A DNA stretch of 64,000 nucleotides from Bugula neritina (GCA_964035545.1 OZ037770.1:6210729-6274728), one strand, 5' to 3'; shown: positions 11,201 through 24,200, counted from the stretch's first letter. The notes: generated from the letters alone by a model not told the origin. Translations and numbers: made by a program.

Positions 11201-12587
11201 CGGTCCAGAAGATCCCGTACTTGTCGGCTAACCTCCTTCATTTTCTCCGGCCCCAGTCTGCGTGTGGGCTTCCGGACAGGGACTGTCCCCGCAGTCAGCG
11301 GTATTTCGTGTTTGACAATTCCAGTCAGTCCCACGTCATGATCTCCGCTGCTGAACACACACCGTAGTTGCGCAGTAACTTCGCCATAACTTGGCGTTCT
11401 CTGTTACTCGCGCAGCCGCTACAGGCTGTGTCATACAACTCCCGGAGATGTGCTGGGACTGTTCCTCGCCCTTGAGTAGGGCACTGAGGGAGTACTTCTG
11501 TCGCATCACCCAGCGACGGGCCTACGTCCTCCTCCTGAACAGAGTAAAAACGGCCCAGCATCGACCCAGTCGGAAGCTTGACAGACTCGGTAAAGGGGTT
11601 GACGCACTGCACTAAGATCTCCCCTTGTTCAGTCAGCTGATTCAGACTGCTGGCAAGTTGGATCTTTTCGTGCGCGCCTTCAACTACCCCGAGTCCAGAG
11701 ATCCGGCTATTGTTCACCCTGCAGTGAATGGTAGCCCGAGAGCGGCCTGGTATGGTATGGTTGCGTACCACTTGCACACCTCCCACTAAATTGCGGCCGA
11801 ACTTGTCGACGCAGGCGAGTTCTCGCCCGGACATCATCATCGCAGATTTGCTAAAGTCGATGTGACATCCGTGCCGTTTTAGGAATGGCATCCCGAGGAT
11901 GGCGTCCTCCTTGAGCTGACTGACGATGAACGTCTCTTGGATCGTTTGATCACGGACTCCTCCCGTCAGTTCAATTATACCATAGAAGGGAAGGCACGAC
12001 CCGTCAGCTAGGGTGCCGTACTCCCCTTCGTATGATTCCATCTCGCCCCATACCCTAGCACTGAGGGTGTCGAAGAGTTGGCGGCTCAAGAGGTTCGTGG
12101 TACAGCCCGAATCAATGAGGAAAGTAACAGCTTTGCCTTCCAGTTTACCGGGCAAGAAATAGCTGTTCCCATGGGGCTGCACCTGAACTCTCCCTTCAGG
12201 CCTTACTCTCGCAGGGAGTACCTCCCTCGCTTTGGGTCGCGAAGGAGGTCTCTTGGGGCGGTGGTAAGTAGGCCTCGAGGGTGCCGAGGCTAGATTCCCG
12301 GCTACCTTTGTGGCCTCCCATCCAGATTTTAGAGCTTGTAGCCCTGCGAATCTGTTGTGAAGGGGCATGGAAAAGGTAGCGGCGGGGCGGAGCCCCTTGC
12401 TGGTCCGTCGTGGCTGTTGCCACGGTTGGTTACCAGTACGCGGTACCCGTCTGGGTGACCTGCGTTTCTTCTTCCCTGGAGGTTTCATCGTCGGCCCGCA
12501 GGAGGTGGGAACATCTGCGGGCCGCGGTAGTTTAACCCCTGATTTAGGAAGGGACAGTATCGGCGGAAATGTCCTTGATTTCCGCAC
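8249..12587 (-). pseudogene. Element B pol: protease, RT, RNase H and integrase, frameshifted
   Basis: ORFs 11325-12587 (LIDSG), 9916-11358 (YLDD, RNase H), 9142-9801 and 8594-9160 (HHCC, DDE, GPY/F-like region). Confidence 0.92.
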
Positions 12588-13435
12588 TCCCAGGAAAAAC
12601 TGACTGTTTCCCCCTGTGGCGGCGCCGGTGGCCGCACGGGCTCAGTGGCGGTACTTACTGGGGTTTGGGGTGTCAGTGTTGCTATCAGTTTGGCCAGCAT
12701 GTCTGTCAGTTGAGTGACTTTTGATGCCGTCGCCAGCTGGGACACGGCAGCCGCGGCGGTTTCCTCCCCTTGTCCCGCGGCTGTGTCCGCGCGGTTTACC
12801 TCCACTTAACGGGAGCTCCCGCGACTTTTATGCATTTGATTAGCTAGGAGGTAAGCTTCCCCCTCAGTCAGAGCATCTTCAACGGTGGTGACTCCCCTAG
12901 CTAGAAACTGGTGGTGGAGACCCAAATCGTCGACAGATGCTATGAAAGCGTCGAGGGTATACCTCTCGCGGTTGACTGGGGTCAAGACGATGTACGCGAT
13001 CTGTGCCAGCTTCATGACCGCGGCGGCGTGCTCCCGCAGCGGAGTGCGGGGATCACGCCGCAACCTCTGCAATCGGGCCCTGGGATCTGTAGCAGAGAGG
13101 CCGAAGCGGGCCCGCAGAGAAGCAAAGATATTATCAATGTCTACGCCCAGCCCATAAGGCTTGGCTTTGTCCATCAATGCTATTCTAAGCTTCAGCAAGG
13201 CCACCCTAGGGGGCCACTGGGCGACGTCCATTACGTCGCTAAACTCTTGGATAATTTGTTCCACCTCCTCTTCACCCGTGAAGGTGGGCGCCTTTAACCG
13301 GTAGCGGTCTTCAGTTAGTTCTCGCGGAACCCTTCGCTCTTCTACTATATAGTTAACAGGCATTGTCTCTACAGCATTGTCTCTACGCTCACCTTCTACT
13401 GCCGGTGGTTGCGTTCCAGAATTTTCAGTCTCCAT
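12485..13435 (-). pseudogene. Element B gag with one in-frame TAA at 12806-12808
   Basis: Two abutting same-frame ORFs; LKAPTFTGEEEVEQ motif; degenerate knuckle SWECGNQGHFRRYC. Confidence 0.85.
12493..12536 (-). promoter_or_regulatory. Putative -1 ribosomal frameshift signal (G_UUA_AAC + 6 nt + 9-bp hairpin), element B
   Basis: GTTAAAC in gag frame; stem GGCCCGCAG/CTGCGGGCC with 13-nt loop; the protease ORF is in the -1 frame. Confidence 0.8.
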
Positions 13436-13447
13436 CTTGGATGCACT

Positions 13448-13465
13448 ATCCCACCGCTGCCACCA
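13448..13465 (-). promoter_or_regulatory. Primer binding site of element B, tRNA-Leu
   Basis: + strand reads ATCCCACCGCTGCCACCA, the 3' end of eukaryotic tRNA-Leu(AAG-type) plus CCA, 1 nt from the LTR. Confidence 0.9.
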
Positions 13466-13466
13466 C

Positions 13467-13773
13467 TGTTATGTTTTTCAGATTTAGGATTGATATGCTA
13501 TCCAGAGAGTCTAATTACTTGCTATAGAACTGCACCAGGTTAAGTCGAGTGAACGAGTATATATTTTACACACAATAATACATTATAAAAACGATACAAA
13601 TACATCTGACAATTTACACATCTAGTCTATTCAGCACTCTAACTTCGACTGAGTTAGCAGCGGGAAACTATAATTGCTGCTATTTGTTAAACACGCGAAT
13701 TGGCTATCCATTGTTCCGGGTCAATTACGCGACCCTACATGTTGTGCTGCTGGTAGCTCCACGAGCCACCACA
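13467..13773 (-). repeat. 5' LTR of element B
   Basis: TGT...ACA, 307 bp; about 98% identical to the reassembled left LTR. Confidence 0.93.
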
Positions 13774-15085
13774 ATACAATAAAGAATTGCACTATTAAAA
13801 TCCATCACACTCGCCACACCTATCGAAAAGTACACTCTACGATTGATACTTGCATGACGACATCATTTTGAAAAATAAAAGGAAATGAAAATAAAACAAA
13901 ATAAAAGATCAAAACAACAACAGGAATGAGAGAACACAAAATATGTATTCAAAATGATTTCCACATTGTAACGAGATCGATCCGGGTCTGTCACAGGGTA
14001 GAGCGTCTCTCACCAAATAATGTAGGGTAGCATGAACTTAGTGGGAAAGGGAGGTACTGCTTCACACTCATCTAGTCGAAACCAAGCGATGGGGGTCGAG
14101 GAGTCCCCAGAAGAATCAAGCGTGGCAAGGAATCTCTCCAAAGGGGGAGAGAAGGAAAGGGGGTCGGAGAGTACAAAGGAATCTCCCCAAAAGAGGGGAG
14201 ATGGAGGGGGTTGACTGGTCTCTTTAATACGAACATCCACACTCATCGTCGTCGAATTCCCAAAAAGGAGGAAAGGAAAGGCTTCTTCATCTTGACTTCT
14301 ATTTTTACTTTTTACTTCATGCAGGAATCTTTAATATTACTTCTTCTTCTTGTTATTCTTTTATACGGCTTTATTATTAGAGTGTAGCCACAGGAGAGAA
14401 AAGAGAGGAGCTACTCTGTCTATACCGGAACGTAGTCGCCAGGAGAGGAGAGGAGAGGAGAGGAACTACTGTGTCAGTTGTCTCTGGCACTTCTGTTATG
14501 ACGATCATCAGCACTGCTGTCATGTCTCTACAAGAGTCTAGTCAAGCAGCCAGCATCTAGTCGACAAATGAGATGAATGATGTGACTGCGCTATACGCCA
14601 GGAGAAGGAAATTGGCCCCACCATTACAGTCTCACCTGCAACAGAATGTCAGCAACTGTTGAAGGGGTTTGCACCTGTCAGTACGACACCTCGACTGAGT
14701 CTCGCAATCACTAACCACTGATTAATATTTAAATCATGTGGTCGACCGCCCCACTCAAGTCGTCAGTGAATCACCTGACTTGGGAAATCAGCTTTATCGT
14801 CATGATAAAGCGAGACTGATTTAGGCTACCAGCTTGAATTCTACTTAAATAATAGAATTATACTAGTAGACTTACCATAAGACAGCCCTGACTTTAGTCT
14901 GCTGCCCACTTAGGCTACGTAGTGCGCCAGCCTGCCAAGTACGTGCGTGCACGTTGGCAGTTGAATCAGAGAAGAACGCTTTTCGCAGTGAAAGTGATTG
15001 TATAATACCCCTTTCACTAGCGAGCTGACTTCGCTCTTTTCTTACCCCCGGTGGTGTTTTGTATTACACCACTGGGGTAGGCAAC

Positions 15086-18000
15086 TCACAATTGCGTCTC
15101 CTTATATCTTGGAAATGCAACTCTCAATTGCTCGTCCCCCAAGATTTCTTTTATGATAGCTGATGGATGTTTTTCCACTGCATCACACAAGAAATCTTTT
15201 AAATAAGATGGAGGCGCCCTAGTGCATTGTCTACGCTCCAACTGCACTGGGGAATTTGCTACGACTGGTGACTCTTCCACCACAGGTGGTGTCGCCAGTA
15301 CGGGGGGGTCCACCAGTACGGGTGGTCCTCCCCTAGCTGCCTCTTCCTCATGATTTTGAGGAATTTCCATCTGATCCGGGACGATGGGCCTGTCGACCGG
15401 CTCCACAGGTGGTGGGGTCGGCTCTGACAGGTCTTCAGGTGTGTCGACCTCCTCTTCCTGGGGTGGAGGAGGTTGGGGCTGGTCGGCTGACGCATCAGCC
15501 ACCCCGTCCTGGTCTGGCAGTATCTCCTCGATCTCTCGGTACGCCATGGGTCGCCCCCTCATAGGAGGGCGCCTAGCTGGCTCTAAGAGAGGAGGTGCTT
15601 GACCTGCCGCGTCAGGACTTGCCCAGTGAGGTTTCAGCCGTGCCTCGTTCTGGATCGACACTTGTCCAGACCGTTCCACTTTATAGGTGTGATTTGGCAT
15701 CACCTCAATTACGCAGTAGGGACCTACGAACTTCGGCTGCAACTTGGCTGCCTGTCCGCGCCTGCGGCGATGACTGGTCATCCAGACCCAGTCCCCCACC
15801 TTGTATAAAGGTGGGTCGTCAGAGTCACCACTTCTGACCTGCCACTGCTGCTCACGTAGCACCTCGTGAGCCGTCCCCATGCGTTTTACGAGCTTGTCCA
15901 CGTAGTCGTGGACATTGCTCTCGGAAGTCGGAACATGATAGGTTACGTGCTCAGGAACCCTTGTTTCTCTCCCCAGCATGAGAAAATTAGGGGTCTCTAG
16001 TGTACTGGAGTGAGGGGTACTGCGGTACGCTCGCATGATCTGCGGCAACACCAAGTCCTACTCTTCCTGGCTCCTACCGATAAGCAGGCTTCTCAGAGAG
16101 TCCCCTAGCATTCGGTTGTTCCGCTCCACAACCCCGTTCCCTTGCGGGTGATATGGGGTCGTCCGACTCTGGTTTACCCCCCACACTTTACAGAGATCGC
16201 TCATGAGTTGCGACTGAAACTGGGCGCCTTGGTCAGAGTGTATCTGCTCCGGCAAGCCGAAATAGCAGAACACCTGCTGATCCAAGGCTCTGGCCAGCGA
16301 GGGGGCCGATGCATCTGGAATGGCCAGTGCATCAGCCCACCGCGTGAAATGGTCAGTTAATACCAGTATCCAGTTATTACCTCTCGCTGTTGTGGGCATG
16401 CGGCCTACCACATCGACAGCAACCACCTGCCATGGACGACCGGCATGGAGGCGGCGCCTCCCTGCGGTCTCAGTGGGGCGGCCATGCTAGCTAGCTTGGC
16501 AAACCTCGCACTTCCGCACCCGGAGTCGGACATCCCGGGTCATACCGGGCCAAAACTACTGGAGTTGAAGACACCTGGTCACCCGGCTAGCTCCTGCGTG
16601 AGCTTGCTTATGGGTGTCCCAGATCAACTCCCGCCTCAGAGCTGACGGGCAGACTACCCTCTCTCGTTCACTGCGATTGGTGCCGGCTGCCAACGTAATC
16701 GTAAGCAGCCCATCGCTGTTGAACCTGAGGGAGTCCCAGCGGTCACAGAAGTACTTAAACTCAGTACTCTTCACTTGCTGTTCCGCCTCACTCGGCCGCC
16801 GTCCCTCCTTCTTGGCCCGGACTAGGTCAGCTACCACTCCTGGTAGCGTAGCCTTGAGCCGACATAGCTCCCTGACGTTCCGAAGCAACGTGGGGTTTGC
16901 GTGAAGGTTGTTAACAGCTTTGTTAGGAGATTCGGACAGGAGTTGCCCTTCTTCCCAGCTGTACACACCCGCTTTCCCCAACTGCGCTTCGACGTCCGAG
17001 CGAGGGGGTCCACCGTCCCTGCGCTCGATATTCTGGTACTGCTTACACCCATCTGCCTGGCGACGGCTGAGTCCATTTGCATTACCGTGTTTCTTACCGG
17101 GTCGATGTTCGATTCGATAAGAAAACTCTGCCAGGATCTTTAGCCAGCGCGCTACTTGGCTTGATGGTTCTGCCCGTCGACACAGCCATATCAGGGACGC
17201 ATGATCCGTCCGAAGCCGGAATGTGCGCCCATATAGATATGGTCTAAAGTGTTTGACCGCCTTGACTACTGCCAAGGCGGTCAAACACTGGTTGTACAGT
17301 AGTTCTTCTCAGGCGCCGGCAGGGCCTTGCTATAGTAAGCCACCACCACCTCGCGACCATCTTGGACCTGCGATAGCACAGCCCCCACATTATGGTTACT
17401 GGCATCAGTATCCAAGATGTACTCCTTCGCAGGGTCAGGATACGCCAAGATGGGTGCTTCCACTAAGCAATCCTTCAGGTGATCAAATGCCTTCTGCTCA
17501 GCCTGCGTCCACTGCCATCGCACCGCCTTTGCAGTCAGCCGATTTAACGGCTGTGCAATTCCGGAGAAGTCTGGTATGTACTGACGATAGTACCCTACCA
17601 GCTCCAGGAATGCCCGCAATTCAGAGAGGTTGACAGGGACGGCCCAGTCCCTCACAGCCCGTACCTTCTCGGGGTCGGTGGCGACTCCGTCTCGACCAAC
17701 TACATGGCCCAGGTACTTAACCTCGCATTGCAGTAATGCACACTTCGAGGGCTTTAGCTTCAGGCTCGCAGCTCGGAGTCTGTCGAACACCTCCCTGAGT
17801 CGACTGACATGTCTGTCAAAGTTGGGGGAGATGATGATGACATCATCGAGATAGATGAGCAAGGTCTTCCAGTGCAGTCGACTCAGGACCTGCTCCATGA
17901 GTTGCTGGAAGGTGGCTGGTGCGGACGTAAGTCCGAATGGCAACACCTTCGATTTCCAGAGCCCATCCCGCGTTATAAACGCGGCCTTGTCCTGTGCTTC

Positions 18001-19683
18001 AGGACTCAGGGGCACCTGCCAACACCCGCTTAACAAGTCCAACGTGCTGAAGAACTTGCTACCAGCTAAGGCATCGAGCGACTCATCGATCCTCGGGAGA
18101 GGGTAAGCGTCCTGGATGGTCACGCTGTTCAGCCTGCGATAGTCAACGCAAAACCTCCAGCTACCATCCTTTTTCCGAACCAGGACGACTGGAGAACTCC
18201 AGGCCCCATGGCCAGGCTCAATCAGGTCCCGGTTCAGAAGGTCTTGCACCTGACGGCTCACTTCTCTCTCCTTCTCAGGACCTAACCGGCGGGTCGGCTG
18301 CCGAATAGGCGCCGTCCCCGCCGCCAGGGGTATCTCATGACAGACAGTTTTAGTCAGACCCATGTCATGGTCGCCGCAACTAAACACGTCCTTGTACTCA
18401 GAGAGTAGCCGCGCCATCACCAGGCGTTCTTGCTTGCTCTCACAGCCATCACAGGCATCCTCGTACAACTCTGCTACGTGTTCAGGCACCGGCCCCCTGC
18501 CGTCTCTAGTGGGTACTCCCCGGGCGTCGTCCGCTGTTTCCAGCGCGGGCCCTACATCCTCCTCTTGCACGGAGTGGAACTTCCCTACTAGAGACCCGGC
18601 CGGTAATTCTACCGGCTCCGTGAAAGGGTTTACGCACTGGACCAGGAACTCCCCCCACTCATCCAGTCTATTCAGACTGTTAGCGAGCTGGACGCCCCCC
18701 AGTGCACCTTCCACCACTCCGAGCTCAGAGATTTCCCTACAGTTCACTCTGCAGCGAACTGTAGCCCGGGAGCGCCCAGGTACAGTACAGCGCTGTACCA
18801 CCTGCACTCCCCCCCCCACCAAGGGTCGACCAAATCGGTCGACACAGGCCAGCTCACGCCCCGCCATCACTACTGCCGACTTACTAAAGTCTTTGTAGCA
18901 CCTGTGTCGTTTCAGAAATGGCATGCCCAAGATGGCATCCTCCTTGAGTTGACTGACGATGAAGGTCTCACTGATCGTCTGATCACGGACTCTACCAGTC
19001 AACTGGATTACCCCATAGAAGGGAATACACGACCCGTCCGCCAACGTGCCGTGCTCCCCTTCATATGGTTCTAGGCTAGACCTATCCCTGGCACTGAGAG
19101 TGTCGAATAGACGTTGACTCAGTATATTTGTGGTGCACCCAGTATCCAAGAGGAATGTGACAGCTTTGCCAGCAAGGTTGCCGGGAAGGAAACAGCTGCT
19201 TCCATATGGCTGAGCGCTCACTGAGCGATTTGTCTCTTGAGGCGACACCTCATGTGCATGGAGTTGGGGATGCACCTGTGCTTTTCGGTTGCGAGGGGGT
19301 CATCGACGTTGCATCGGCGGGCAGGGTACGTCTCGGTCTCGCTCACACACGGGCGGCCGAGTGAATTCTCGGACTGATGCTCGTGTGGGCAACCGAGAAA
19401 AATCCCTGTTGTGCTTCCACTCGTCGATCACTCCCTCATCAAGCAAACCTTCAAAGCGGTTTTTGAGTGCCCAAGCCGGAGGTATTGGTGGGCCTTGCGG
19501 CCGACTCACTCTCTTTGAGGCTTGCCACTCTGGCGAAGGCGGCCTCCTCACCCGGTGGGGTGTGGGCCTTAGCCTCTGCCTTGGGGGGTTAAACTGGGGC
19601 CCACGGTAGGCGGAAGTTACCGTGGGCCGTCGCTGTTTAACCGCCTCCCACTGCTGCGGGGGCAACTTCGTATGAAGTGCCAA
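15086..19683 (-). pseudogene. Element A pol: protease, RT, RNase H and integrase, disrupted
   Basis: ORFs 19300-19683, 17281-19275 (LLDTG, YLDD), 16556-17284, 16058-16426 and 15086-16054 (KFVGPY). Confidence 0.92.
19598..19641 (-). promoter_or_regulatory. Putative -1 frameshift signal, element A
   Basis: GTTAAAC + 6 nt + stem GGCCCACGG/CCGTGGGCC with 13-nt loop; next ORF is in the -1 frame. Confidence 0.8.
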
Positions 19684-20489
19684 CCACTACCATAGCCCCA
19701 GCATACGGGGCCGCGCCTGTTGTCGACAGCTCCCGACGACCTCCTGGGTCTCTCGGCTGTTGCCTGCTGGCGCAGTTGCCTGATCTCGGCTAACAGTTCT
19801 CGAATCAAGCTCGTGGTCAAGCTAGTAGATTCGTCTGCTGTTGCCGCTGCGACCTGTACAGCTGTCTTGGCCGGCGACGTCGACACGTCGTCTGCCCCGA
19901 CCTGCTGTACTGTCGCACCAGGTCGACTTGCACTGTCGGCTTGGAAATAGGCATTCCCATGCCTTAGAGCTCTCTCCATAATCTCAACTTCGGCCACCAG
20001 CAGATGCTGTTTCAGACCGAGGTTGTTAATAGACTGGAGCAATGCATCCAGTGCTAGGCTCTGTCGACTGTCGACAGGCAAGTCGCTGTAAGCAACTTGT
20101 GCCAGTCAATCGACTACGGTAGCATGCTCTCGCAGATTGGTCTTAGGATTTCTCCTAAGACTCTGCAGTTGCACGCGAGCATCTTGAGCGGTTAATCCAA
20201 ACCGAGCTCATAGTGCTTCAAATATGTCACCGACATTCTGGCTTATCCCATAGAGTTTAGCCGGCCCTGTCAGACACAACCGCAGCTGGATCAGAGTAAC
20301 CCTGTTCGGCCATCCGCAGATGTCCGCCGCATCACTAAACTCAGTGATGAATTGCTCCACATCTTCTTTCCCTGAGAAGATGGGAGCCCGCAAGTGGTAC
20401 CTGTCCATAGGCAGCGCTGGGCCGCCTATGTGATCCTCCTCTACTGCTGCTGGCTCCTGTCTGGGCGCGTCGTCGACTTCGTTGGCCAT
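19617..20489 (-). pseudogene. Element A gag, disrupted
   Basis: LRAPIFSGKEDVEQFI motif shared with B and C gag; degenerate knuckle CWGYGSGWHFIRSC; internal stops. Confidence 0.85.
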
Positions 20490-20544
20490 CTTACTCCCTG
20501 GCTAGGAGCATTTGTATTAAATGGAATGCCACTGCTGCCACCAC

Positions 20545-20988
20545 TGTGGTGAATTTTGCCAGTTCACAATTATTATGTGTGGGTCAACTTAAACAAAGCC
20601 ACTGCACCAGGTTGTTTACGCTAAGATAACTTTATTATTTACACAAATACAAGAAGGTTATTTACTGCTAACATGAATAGAAAACGATTACATAATTAGT
20701 GAGCTTTAATACACAACTACTCCAAATGAAGTCCCAAGCTGCTCTGCCGGCTAGCTACTCAGCGCACTGCAACTACGAGTAGCTAGCTCCACCTGCTATC
20801 AATTAGTGTGACTGTCCTGATTGGTGGTTACTAGTGGTGCCACTGCTGTCCATAGCTACAATCCGACAGGGTCGAACTCACACTATAATAACCACATAGA
20901 GTGATCCTTTTCGATTAATACAATAATAATTGCACTACTAAAATCCATCATAATACAATAAAGAATTGCACCACTAAAATCCATCACA
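20545..20988 (-). repeat. 5' LTR of element A
   Basis: TGT...ACA; adjacent tRNA-Leu-type PBS CCACTGCTGCCACCA; about 35-bp tandem duplication at the right end. Confidence 0.92.
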
Positions 20989-21240
20989 CTAGCACTAAAA
21001 TAAAGAAATTCGGCTCGCTGAATAACTACCAGCTAATCAAGTGACAACGACAGAGGCGATTCACACTTGCGTTCAGAATGCTGAGCGACAAGTGCGAATG
21101 TTTTTTCAACGCGCTACAGTGGACACCTTTGCTACTTGTGACTTCAATTTTCGCATGCGAAAATACGCACAGTGTGGCCCTAGGCTTAGTTTTGTCAATA
21201 TTAAGATTTGGTAGTAAAACCTGGGTGAGGAAAGGTTCAG

Positions 21241-24200
21241 CTGCTACCACTACTGCACCAACCACTTCAGTTACATCTGGTAAGAGTTGAATGTGTTGCT
21301 ACAATTCCGGTCATACATTCTCACGTTTAAACAATCTGAAATATTTTAGAATAAAAAATTACAATAGAAAATATTTTCTGAAAAGATAACTTTTGCAATC
21401 CGTTCAACTTGTTCACTTTTATAGTCAAGCATTCTCATGTTTTTGATAGATATTAAATCGAACAACTTGTATATATAATTGTGTCTGGTAAAACTGGCAC
21501 CTGTAGGTAATAATTACACAAATGGCAAAGTTGGTGAAAATGGCACATTTCCAATATTAGGGTTCAGAGTAGGGTTGAGGGTATGAGTTTGAGGTCATAG
21601 AACAAGTTAACAACAGTGTGCCATTTGTTCCTGCTTTCTCATTTGTGCCCTTCTTACCAGTGCCATTATTATCTGTGCCATTTTTGCCAGCGCCATTTTT
21701 ATCTAAAATTATTTTTGATATAGCTCCATTCCTGTGTTTTGTAAAGCACCTGCTTTTACATGTCACAAATGTTAAACTAGACTGTCAGGTGCTGTCATGG
21801 TGAGTGAATATCTTGATTTTTATGTTGACAGCTCCTAGTGTGGAGGACCAGCTGAGACTAGCTGTAGCCAGAAGACGAACTTTTCTAGAGAGATAAGAAC
21901 CCAGCTCTGAGAGTGAGAAGAGCAGCTCAGTGACTCCGGGTGAGTGACTAGTATTGTTACTCTGGTTGAGTGATTAGTGCGGTGACTAGGAGTGAGTGAC
22001 TAGTACTGTGACTCTGGTTGAGCGATTAGTACGGTGACTATGAGTGAGTGACTAATACTGTAACTACAAGTGAGTAATTAACTCTGGGTGAGACATCATG
22101 CTTTCTGATAGAGACAGTGAAGGTGACATTTGCTTGCTCTTGTAGAGCTGATAATTTCTCCCACCATCAACTCTGCTGGGAAATCAGACAACAAAAACTT
22201 CAGAAAACTTGCTGAGCAGAAGAGACTTGAGTTCTTAAAGAAGAAGTCAGATTCCAGGTGAGTCACACGCTTCAAGAGCAGTCACACAGTATGACACATT
22301 ATAGTCAAACAGTATGACAAATTATAGTCACACAGTATGACACATTATAGTCACACAGTGTGACACATTATAGGCACACAGTACGACACATTATAGTCAC
22401 ACAGTATGACACATTATAGTCATACCTTGCTGCTATTTTAAAGCATCAGATTATTTGATTCCAAAATATTTGCTGCTTTTAATTTATTTTAAACAACGGC
22501 AATACTATTTTTACAGAGAAAAATTACTTCCTCCATCTCCTGTAATTAGCCAATCAAAAAGCTTGAAAGCAAATGAAAGTTTGGAAGCAGGAGACGAAGA
22601 AGATAATAGCATGAGTGAACTGCAAAAAATAATGAGTAGATTGTCGGTGGCTAAGGGTGAAGAGCCAAACAACAACGTTAAAAAGGTAAGGCTAAAAAGT
22701 GTTTCCTGTTTGCCAGCTTCGCCTGAATGCTACATTTGCAATCTCCGTGAATTATGCTTGTAACAGTTGCCTTCTGCTAGTCTAAGCTTCCAAGTAATCC
22801 AGCATTTTTGGAGTTGTCATCACCTTTAGGGCAATGCTTTGACTGTTTTGCCAGAAGCCTCCTCCATTAGTTATGATGAAGCCAAGTAAAGTACAGCAAC
22901 CAACATCCACCCAGGATCATCTCTCCCCTGTTGAGGAGTTCTCTCCCCTTCCCCCACCGCATGGCTTTAGTTCCACAGCTAATGACATTCTTATACCACC
23001 TCCAACCTTTGAGATACCTCCACAGATAGCAGCCCTGTCTCCTCCCATAGCCTCAGTATCATCTAATAGCAAGAACGAGGGGTCACACAGCCACCCTTCC
23101 CAGCACGGCCTGCATACTACCCATCAAAACCATGTAAGTAGCTGATGGAATACTGAATTAACACCTATCAGTTTGCCCCACACTGCGAATGCCTTTTCAG
23201 TGTAGATTATAACTCAATAATTGTTTGATAAACACTGGTGTAAATACAGTCCTTTGGTTTTGAAAAAAGTTATTTAGTTAACGGTTTTTTTTAGTATTTC
23301 TAATTGGGTTTCAGGCAATGACAGGACTAGCCTTGCTGTTAGATTACTCACATTTTAAAAGAAGAATTAATGTTGGAATACTTGATAAACGATAAATTAT
23401 GTACTATATGTATACCTTGTAATACTGACATGCTAACATACACACGTGTCGTATGCACTGGAAGCAAATGAGTCCTAAGGACTCTGTTTTTTTTGTCAGG
23501 GTGTGGACATCACAGTGTGACATCAAGTGTAGGAAGTGACACAATTTTCTCCGTGTCACAAGATGGCAACCGACTGTCTGTCGCTACCTCCGGATACAGC
23601 TCAGACCCGTCTCTCTTTAATAAAATCTCCATATCAGGTGAGCGCCTGCAAGTTTATGTCAGGGTTTCAGGCGGGCACCTGTTATTTCCTGTCAGGGTGT
23701 CAGGTGAGCACCTGTTTTTTTCTGTCAGGATGTCAGGTGAGCACCTGCAAGTTCCTGTCAGGGTGTCAAGGAACTGGATTGGTAAAACCGTCTCCTGTTC
23801 AAGTTTCGATACAGTTTTCAATGCACCATTTTTACCACAAAATACTTTATGACTGTGTCATTTTTCAATCTCTGTTGAACTCTTTCAAAAGAAGCATAAA
23901 ATTCAAACAAGGCTGTAAAAGGAAGGTGTATTGGCATATCACATGATATCGTATGTTATACATACATTCTTGAAATTAGTGTACCAGATATGCATTTTCT
24001 GTCCTATAGTACTAATTGTGTATGCTGCAGGTAAGAATGCTGAGTTATGGAGTACAGGAGAAGTGGGAGTGTGGCTGGATGCTATTGGACTCGGAGAATA
24101 CAAAGCAGTGTTTGCTGAAAACTGCATAGAAGGCGAAACATTGATTAGCTTTAGTAAAGCAGATGTGAAAGAACTGGGGGTGGAGAAAGTAAGGCGCCGG

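Larger units (their letters stand above)
392..13773 (-). mobile_element. Gypsy/Ty3 LTR retrotransposon B inserted in the LTR of A
   Basis: 5' LTR 13467-13773; 3' LTR split into 392-418, 5638-5660 and 6345-6578; 4-bp TSD ACAC (388-391) / ATAC (13774-13777), with ATAC at the empty site in the other A LTR; PBS 13448-13465; purine-rich tract next to 6578. Confidence 0.95.
1..20988 (-). mobile_element. Gypsy/Ty3 LTR retrotransposon A (degenerate); left LTR starts just before the window and is split by element B
   Basis: LTR 20545-20988 (TGT...ACA) matches 1-391 joined to 13778-13809; PBS at about 20529-20543; gag, protease (DTG), RT (YLDD), RNase H and integrase fragments on the minus strand in Gypsy order, with several stops and frameshifts. 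Confidence 0.93.

Noticed and set aside
14010-14246. Possible accessory ORF in the 3' region of element A
   Set aside because: Only 78 aa, no motif and no similarity to the B/C ORF3.
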